From the NCBI GenBank assembly GCA_963735035.1, contig CAVTJJ010000004.1, positions 1,280,001 through 1,344,000 of the forward strand: 64,000 bases of DNA, in the 5' to 3' direction. The stretch comes from an uncultured candidate division Zixibacteria bacterium. Lineage in GTDB: Bacteria > Zixibacteria > MSB-5A5 > GN15 > FEB-12. Positions 58,108 through 64,000 of the stretch are shown here, piece after piece (positions within the stretch are counted from its first letter, which is position 1; every line of letters starts with the position of its first letter). The notes below the pieces were generated by a model. The model saw only the letters and a list, made by a program, of their open reading frames with translations, was not told the DNA's origin and did no database searches. The position numbers were made by a program, and so were the translations under genes.

Positions 58108-58192
58108 TCACCATGAGACGGCGACCCCGCTTAACGCTATTCCCCGACCTCGGCCGGGAAGGGGCGTCCGGGCGAAAGAAAGAGGTAAGTAT

Positions 58193-58720
58193 ATGGTCAT
58201 GAACCGGAAGAACGAAACACCGTCGATTCAGAATGGGTTTACCCTGATTGAACTGATGGTGGTCGTGCTCATTTTTGGCGTCTTGTCGGCTCTGGCCGCT
58301 CCAACGTTTCAGCGGTCGTATGACGGCTTTAAGTTTCACGAGGGCGAACGTTCCGTCACTTCCTCATTGAAGAAGGCCCGCTCTTTCTCCGTGAGCAGCA
58401 AGGCGCCGGTGGGGGTTCATTTCAATAGCGGCTCCCGCGTTGTTACGATATTCAAGAATACGACCAATCCGTCGCAGACCTCGTTTGAGGACACCGACTC
58501 CGTCTATTCGTCAGATACCCTCCCGTCCGATTTCTCCTATGTCTATGCCGACATGGGAAACAGCGCGGTTGTCTTTCAGCCCAACGGGTCTGCAACGTAC
58601 TCTGGATCGGGAATGGTATTTTTGTTAGGCGAAACCAACAAACTGACGGCTACTTTCACTATTAGCATCCTGGCTTCTACAGGTCGGGTCAGCTCGTACT
58701 CTCATTTCTACAACTGGTAG
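58193..58720 (+). CDS. FimT/GspH-like minor pilin (type IV prepilin)
   Basis: Class III signal peptide G|FTLIELMVVVLIFGVL with E5; ARS..VS, VFQPNG, TGRV GspH-like motifs. Confidence 0.88.
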   Translation: MVMNRKNETPSIQNGFTLIELMVVVLIFGVLSALAAPTFQRSYDGFKFHEGERSVTSSLKKARSFSVSSKAPVGVHFNSGSRVVTIFKNTTNPSQTSFEDTDSVYSSDTLPSDFSYVYADMGNSAVVFQPNGSATYSGSGMVFLLGETNKLTATFTISILASTGRVSSYSHFYNW

Positions 58721-58762
58721 TAGGAGCCTTCCGGCCCCAAAAAAGGCCAAAATATAGCGTTT

Positions 58763-58791
58763 GACCTCCCCGTCCCCCGGGGAGGTCGTTT
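58763..58791 (+). terminator. Hairpin/terminator after the minor pilin gene
   Basis: GACCTCCCCG-TCCCC-CGGGGAGGTC followed by GTTT. Confidence 0.6.
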
Positions 58792-58828
58792 CCGGCGGGT
58801 TCGATTCCTTAAAGACTTCAGATTTTCC

Positions 58829-58856
58829 TCAAGATACTGTAGGGGCGGGCCGATAT
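58829..58856 (+). promoter_or_regulatory. sigma28-like promoter of pilMNOPQ
   Basis: TCAAG-N15-GCCGATAT, same boxes and spacing as the motif upstream of pilT. Confidence 0.6.
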
Positions 58857-59023
58857 GAAGACTATCGGCCCCGAACCATGGCTGGTGGTCTGTACTAAGG
58901 TTCACCAGGTCAGGAGCCGAGGCCCGTCGTTGAGCCCCGATATTTCAGGCACCGGCTCGACAAAGGCAAAGTCGGGATGGACATGATTTTGAAGAACAGG
59001 TACACACAAATAAAGAGAAACTC

Positions 59024-60076
59024 ATGATCTTCTCAGGCAGACGAAAAAGCGCAGTGGGGTTGGACGTCGGCTCCAATTCCGTCAAGCTGGTCAAGCTCGA
59101 GCATGGCAGGGATGGCTATACGGTCTCAGCGATAGGGATCCGCGAATTGCCGCCCGAGGCCATCGTCGGCGACGAGATAAGGGATCGCGAAGCCGTCATC
59201 TTCAACATCCAGTCGCTGATCGACCAGACCGATCCCAAGATTAAGGAAGTAGTGGTCTCGGTATCCGGTCACAGTGTCATCACCGACCGCTTCACGATCG
59301 ATAAGAAAACCGGTCCGGAAGCGGAGCAGGCGATCTTGTTCGAGACCGAACAACGCGCCCCGTTTGACGTTGACGACGTCAGTCTGGATTACCACATCAT
59401 AAAGACCGACGACGACATTAATAAGATGGACGTCCTCCTGGTCGCGGCTCGCAAGGAATACCTGCGGACATACCTGGACCTAATTGAAGATTGTGGGCTC
59501 CAGCCGGTGGTGGTCGACGACGACGCGTTTGCCGTGCTAAACGCTTACGAGGCCAACTACGATATCGACCCGACCAAGGTAACAGCACTGGTCAACATCG
59601 GTTACGATGTCACCAATATCACCTACCTCTCGGAAGGGCTGTTTGCGGCCACTCGCGACGTTTCGGCCGGTACGCGCGAAATATTCGAAGCGGTCAAGAA
59701 AGAGTTCCGTCTGAATCCGGAACTGACGGCTAAGGCGCTCAAGGGTGAAATGAGCGATTCGATCGATCAGGATATGTTCAAGGCGACCGTCATGTCGGCG
59801 GCCGACGAATTGATGTCCGGTATCGAGTTGGCGTTCTCATACTTCCGCTCCCAGACCAAGATTGAAAATATCGACTGGATCGTTCTGTCAGGTGGCGGGG
59901 CTTTGATCCCCTATCTGCCGGAATTCCTGCAGTCAAAGATAAATATCCCGCTGGAACTGGCTAACCCGCTTCGCAACCTCGACTACGATCCTGAGCTGTT
60001 CCAGTTTGTTCAGCCGGAAAAGATCGCGCCGTTGTTGACGGTTTCGGTCGGCCTGGCCATGCGAAAGAGTAAGTGA
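59024..60076 (+). CDS. pilM: Type IV pilus assembly protein PilM
   Basis: VGLDVGSNSVK, LDY, VLLVAARK, ALVNIG, LSGGGA, ANP, SVGLAMR actin-like motifs. Confidence 0.95.
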   Translation: MIFSGRRKSAVGLDVGSNSVKLVKLEHGRDGYTVSAIGIRELPPEAIVGDEIRDREAVIFNIQSLIDQTDPKIKEVVVSVSGHSVITDRFTIDKKTGPEAEQAILFETEQRAPFDVDDVSLDYHIIKTDDDINKMDVLLVAARKEYLRTYLDLIEDCGLQPVVVDDDAFAVLNAYEANYDIDPTKVTALVNIGYDVTNITYLSEGLFAATRDVSAGTREIFEAVKKEFRLNPELTAKALKGEMSDSIDQDMFKATVMSAADELMSGIELAFSYFRSQTKIENIDWIVLSGGGALIPYLPEFLQSKINIPLELANPLRNLDYDPELFQFVQPEKIAPLLTVSVGLAMRKSK

Positions 60077-60087
60077 GGCACGGCACC

Positions 60088-60837
60088 ATGATAGAAATAA
60101 ATCTACTGCCAAAAGATCATCGGAAGGGAACCGGCGCCCTTCAGTTCGGGAAGACCGGCATCTATGTCGCCTCGGCTGCAATCGGTGTCGTGCTCATGCT
60201 GGCGGCCATCACGTTCTATCAGATGAGCCAGTTGGGCAGTCTCAAATCCGACATCGAACGCGCCAACCAGCGGGCCGAAATGCTTCGCGACGATATCCGC
60301 GTGGTGGATGCCCTTACCGACGTCAAAGACAAGATCCATCGCCGCATCAGCGCTGTCGAAAAACTCGACCGCCATCGCTCCGCCTGGGTGAGAATCCTCG
60401 AAGAAGTCTCACGCAATATGCCGGAGTTCGTCTGGCTCGATCAGTTCCGGGAACAACCGCTCGACGCAAAAGAACCGGCCGAAAAGGGCAACAAAGGGAA
60501 GAATGAGAAGGCCGCCGACAAGAAGGACGAGAAGACCGCTGAAGTGAAAACAACCGAAACGTACGAACCGCCATCACAGCGGAACGTCGAGATCAAAGGT
60601 TTCGCCTTCACGCTCAACGCTCTTGCCGCCACCATGATTAAGATGATGCGCTCCGAGTATTTCGATAAAGTCGAGTTGATCGACTCCCGGGACACCCTGT
60701 ACGGCGGTGAAAAGGCTTATATGTTCTCGCTGTCGGCCAACGTGCAGTACCTCTCCGACGAGGAGCTGCGGGCCCGGGTCGCTCAGAATCAAGAAGTAGT
60801 CGATTCCACCGCCACCAGTCACGCGACTCTGAATTAG
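60088..60837 (+). CDS. pilN: Type IV pilus assembly protein PilN
   Basis: MIEINLLP PilM-binding motif, TM, coiled coil, PEFVWL; Lys/Glu-rich insertion. Confidence 0.92.
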   Translation: MIEINLLPKDHRKGTGALQFGKTGIYVASAAIGVVLMLAAITFYQMSQLGSLKSDIERANQRAEMLRDDIRVVDALTDVKDKIHRRISAVEKLDRHRSAWVRILEEVSRNMPEFVWLDQFREQPLDAKEPAEKGNKGKNEKAADKKDEKTAEVKTTETYEPPSQRNVEIKGFAFTLNALAATMIKMMRSEYFDKVELIDSRDTLYGGEKAYMFSLSANVQYLSDEELRARVAQNQEVVDSTATSHATLN

Positions 60838-60850
60838 GGAAGGATGTCCT

Positions 60851-61483
60851 ATGGATTTGAAAGATTCAAAAACTCAGAAGATCGTGATCGCGGCGCTGGT
60901 GTTCTTCGTAATCGTCTATTTCTGGCACAGCCGGCTGTATTCCAACTACAACAGCCAGATCAATACCCAGCGCCAGGAATTTGAGACCATCACGACCGAT
61001 CTGCGCAATGTCGAGATGAAAGCCAAGTCGCTCGACGCGCTCAAGGTCGAGTATGCCGATCTGATCGATCGCTACCACGAGATCGAAGCGCTGCTTCCGG
61101 AAGTGAAGCAGGTACCGTCGATACTGGTGCAGCTCCACACGGCGTCGTCGATAACGGGCACCCGGATCACCAAAATCCACCCGCTGCCGATCGAGTCGCA
61201 GGAGTTTTACGATATTGCGGCCTTCGAAATCGAAATTACCGGCACCTATCACGATTTTGGCAAGTTCGCCAGCTACGTGGCCAATTTTCCGTTCATCGCC
61301 AACATGATGGATGTGCAACTGAAGGCCATGAAGCATCCCGGCGCGAAAGCGCGGAATGAAGCCGAGGAGCCGGTGGGCGAGGTGGTTGATGTCGGCCGCA
61401 AGGCTGCCAGTATAACCGCCACATTTACGCTTTCGACGTATTACGTCAAAGAGAATGAACGGCTCGCGGAACTGACGCTGTAG
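60851..61483 (+). CDS. pilO: Type IV pilus assembly protein PilO
   Basis: TM, coiled coil, LLP...VPSIL, GTYHDFGKF...F.FI. Confidence 0.92.
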   Translation: MDLKDSKTQKIVIAALVFFVIVYFWHSRLYSNYNSQINTQRQEFETITTDLRNVEMKAKSLDALKVEYADLIDRYHEIEALLPEVKQVPSILVQLHTASSITGTRITKIHPLPIESQEFYDIAAFEIEITGTYHDFGKFASYVANFPFIANMMDVQLKAMKHPGAKARNEAEEPVGEVVDVGRKAASITATFTLSTYYVKENERLAELTL

Positions 61484-61497
61484 GAAACGGAGATGTC

Positions 61498-63219
61498 ATG
61501 AAGAGAATCGCTGTCATAGCAATCATCGGATGGCTCCTGCTCGCGGGCTTTACCTGGGCGTCCGAGGTGACCAATGTGGCCCTCAACTACCAGGACGGTA
61601 GCACGGTTGCGCGAATCGATATCAAGGGGCCGGTCCGCTTTGTTCATCAAACCGAGGTGCCCAAAGACGGCCGCCCGGATCGGGTGATTGTCGACGTCTT
61701 GTCGGCCACGCACGCCCTCGGTGCGAAAGCATTCCTCAATCTGCCGGCCTGTGTCGTCACCGGAATCCGCAGCAGCCAGTACGCCGTCAGCCCTGAGAAG
61801 ATCGTCCGCATCGTGTTCGATCTCGGCACGACGCCGTTATACCAGATCGATTCTGACGACCACAGCATAACCTTGAAGTTCAGCCACAAAGAGCCGAGCA
61901 GCTTCACCTCGTGGTCTTCCAATAGCGGTTCGGCCGGCGCCTCCCCCGCGACGGCTGATTTGCCGGTCATCGAAAAGCCGGCTGCGCTTTCTATTACACC
62001 TGCGACCGTTGCCGCCCGAAATGAAATCATCGAGAAAGACCGCGTAGAAAGTCTGTCCACCGCCGCGAGCCAAAAGCCGCGCGTCGAGACGCCGGCGTCA
62101 AAGGCCGATGAGGCGACTCCTCTTGAGGCTCCCATTGCAAAGAATCTTAGCGGCCTGGCTTTCTCTGAAGACTGGGGTTCGCCACAGGTTTGGAAACCGA
62201 AGGACTTTACTGCGTTTCCGTCGGCCATTCCCCAGGTAGAACCTCAAGCCGTAGCTCCGGCTCCGGCGCCGGTTCCGACGAGCGTCGTAGTAGCAGAATC
62301 AGAGCCGGTTGAACCGGATGTGACCGCTCCGACACCTGAAGAACAGAAGATTGTGGAGCAGCCAGAAGTTGTTCCTGAGGCCGAGCAGCACCAGGAAACC
62401 CTGGCAGTGGCGCAGCCTGAAGCTGTCTCTGCAGAACAGCCGGGTAATGAAGAACCGGACTTCCCGCCGATGGAGACGTTTGATTTCCCGGTACAGGATT
62501 TTCCGGCCACCAGCCCGATGACGGCTTCTGTCGACGACGAGCCGGTCGCTACCGCGACTCCGCAGCCTCAAGTTACTCAACCCGCTCCGACCAACGACAG
62601 CGCCGAGCCTACGCCGGAAGCTGTGTCGGTGAAGCCCGTTGAGACGCCTGTTCAGAATGATACGAATGAAGCTGGGCCGACTGCGGCTACCGGTGAAGAG
62701 AAAGCGAATATTCTCGACGAGGCTGATTTCAAACCGGCCGTCGAGTTGCCGGCTACGGTCAAGCCTGAAGACTTGAATAAGATAGCTGCGGTTGATGATT
62801 CAACGTTCAAGAGTGACGAGAACGCGCAGCGTACTACGTCCCGATTCCGTCGCGACGTGCAGTCTGACAAGATCCGCGGTACCATGGTCGCCGAATTCCC
62901 GCAGCGCCTGGTGATCCAGTATCAGGCCCAGGATCAGCGGGATCCGTTTGATCCGTTAATTGACGATAGCAAGAATTTCAACAGCCCGGTCGAAAACCGC
63001 ATTCCTAACGTCGAAGGCTTGAAGCTGGTTGGTATTCTCGAATCAGAATCAGGCAACAACCGAGCCCTGTTCGAAGACAAGGGCGGTTTCAGCTACATCC
63101 TGCAGAGCGGTGACAAGGTTCGTAATGGTTATGTCCTCCGGGTGGAACTCGATCAGGTCTATTTCCAAATATTCGAGTACGGTTGGTCGCGTACCGTCGC
63201 ACTTACGATGGAATACTAA
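61498..63219 (+). CDS. AMIN domain plus Pro/Glu/Ala-rich linker plus PilP-like C-terminal domain
   Basis: Signal peptide; PDRVIVDV...IRSSQY....VRIVFDL (AMIN); Y.....RDPF.PL...LKLVGIL...ALFED..G..YIL..GD (PilP-like); occupies the pilP slot. Confidence 0.8.
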   Translation: MKRIAVIAIIGWLLLAGFTWASEVTNVALNYQDGSTVARIDIKGPVRFVHQTEVPKDGRPDRVIVDVLSATHALGAKAFLNLPACVVTGIRSSQYAVSPEKIVRIVFDLGTTPLYQIDSDDHSITLKFSHKEPSSFTSWSSNSGSAGASPATADLPVIEKPAALSITPATVAARNEIIEKDRVESLSTAASQKPRVETPASKADEATPLEAPIAKNLSGLAFSEDWGSPQVWKPKDFTAFPSAIPQVEPQAVAPAPAPVPTSVVVAESEPVEPDVTAPTPEEQKIVEQPEVVPEAEQHQETLAVAQPEAVSAEQPGNEEPDFPPMETFDFPVQDFPATSPMTASVDDEPVATATPQPQVTQPAPTNDSAEPTPEAVSVKPVETPVQNDTNEAGPTAATGEEKANILDEADFKPAVELPATVKPEDLNKIAAVDDSTFKSDENAQRTTSRFRRDVQSDKIRGTMVAEFPQRLVIQYQAQDQRDPFDPLIDDSKNFNSPVENRIPNVEGLKLVGILESESGNNRALFEDKGGFSYILQSGDKVRNGYVLRVELDQVYFQIFEYGWSRTVALTMEY

Positions 63220-63237
63220 TGAAAGGCTGGTAGGAAT

Positions 63238-64000
63238 ATGTGGTGGAGAGACCAATTTGCTTCGTGGAAACAAGCCGGCGTCATCCTGTCGGTTTTGTTG
63301 ATGCTGTCGCCGGTGATGGCGCAGAATCAGCCGAAAGATCCTTCGGTGCCGATCAAAAACGTCGAGTTCCAGGGCAGTGACATCCGTGCCGCCCTGACTT
63401 TCCTCGCCGACTATGGCAACGTCAACGTTGTGATTGCACCGGATGTAACGGGTACCGTTACGATCCGACTTCGCGACGTCAACTGGCGCGACGCCATGGA
63501 CATCATCGGCCGGACCTACGACCTGTCGATCGTCGATGACCAGGCGGGATATGTCCGCGTGCTAAAGTCGGCGACCTATCGTGAGGAACTGACCAAGAAG
63601 GCCGAACACGACGCCACCCAGCAGAAACTCGTGCCGCTGGAGACCAAGATCATCAAGATCAACAATTCCGTGGCGCAGGACATGCTCGAAACGGTGAAGA
63701 ACCTGCTTACGGAACGCGGTAGAGTGGTGGCCGATCTCCGTTCCAACTCTCTGGTGCTCCAGGAAGTGCCGGACAATATCCCGGCCGTGTTGGACTACAT
63801 TACGCGGCTGGATTCGCCGTCCAAGCAGATCAAGATTTCCGCCCAGCTTCTGGAGATCTCCTCCGACGGGTTGCAGGAGCTAGGTATTAACTGGATGGTC
63901 AACAGCAATTTCTCCTCTACCGGCGGCAATACCAACGGCGATCAGACGGGCCAGGTCATGGCCGATATCGGCTCCACCGACCCGATTGGTCGCTATACCG
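63238..64000 (+). CDS. pilQ: Type IV pilus secretin PilQ (3' truncated by the window)
   Basis: Own translation: signal peptide, EFQGSDIRAALTFLADYGNVNVVIAPDVTGTVTIRLRDVNW (N0), LLTERGRVVADLRSNSLVL (N3), QIKISAQLLE...ELGINW (start of secretin domain). Confidence 0.93.
   Translation, partial: MWWRDQFASWKQAGVILSVLLMLSPVMAQNQPKDPSVPIKNVEFQGSDIRAALTFLADYGNVNVVIAPDVTGTVTIRLRDVNWRDAMDIIGRTYDLSIVDDQAGYVRVLKSATYREELTKKAEHDATQQKLVPLETKIIKINNSVAQDMLETVKNLLTERGRVVADLRSNSLVLQEVPDNIPAVLDYITRLDSPSKQIKISAQLLEISSDGLQELGINWMVNSNFSSTGGNTNGDQTGQVMADIGSTDPIGRYT

Noticed and set aside
58955..58990. c-di-GMP-I (GEMM) riboswitch in the pilM leader (ACAAAGGCAAA)
   Set aside because: Only the first motif matches; the GAAA tetraloop stem and the GACGCAAAG junction are missing
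1..64000. CRISPR array, rRNA, IS elements, prophage or anti-phage defence genes
   Set aside because: No regularly spaced repeats, rRNA signatures, or transposase, phage or defence motifs were seen on reading the sequence and ORF track

Overview
Gene-dense bacterial chromosomal window of moderately high GC, mostly on the + strand. The C-terminal dockerin-like tags on secreted peptidases and the gene repertoire suggest candidate phylum Zixibacteria or a related FCB-type lineage (inference). Housekeeping content: mnmA, yicC-gmk-rpoZ-topA, xerC-hslVU, argF, rpsT, murJ, comEC, ltaE, rlmN, ctpA and tRNA-Pro(UGG). The most striking block is an expanded small-GTPase polarity module sitting directly upstream of the type IV pilus motor genes: DUF4388 protein, small membrane protein, TPR-roadblock, membrane-roadblock, roadblock, MglA with a MinD-like membrane-targeting tail, MglB, then pilB-pilT-pilC-pilS. 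A second pilus locus carries fimT-like, pilMNO, an AMIN-linker-PilP fusion and an AMIN-less pilQ. A shared sigma28-like motif precedes both loci. Three secreted peptidases (two M28, one S8) carry dockerin-like tails, and the two M28 paralogues share a 693-bp identical 3' tract. Several apparent pseudo-enzymes are present (histidine kinase, RNase HI, signal peptidase I). Single-base indels at about 34.7-39.4 kb and 46.4-47.7 kb look like sequencing errors rather than true pseudogenes. No CRISPR array, rRNA, prophage or transposase was seen.
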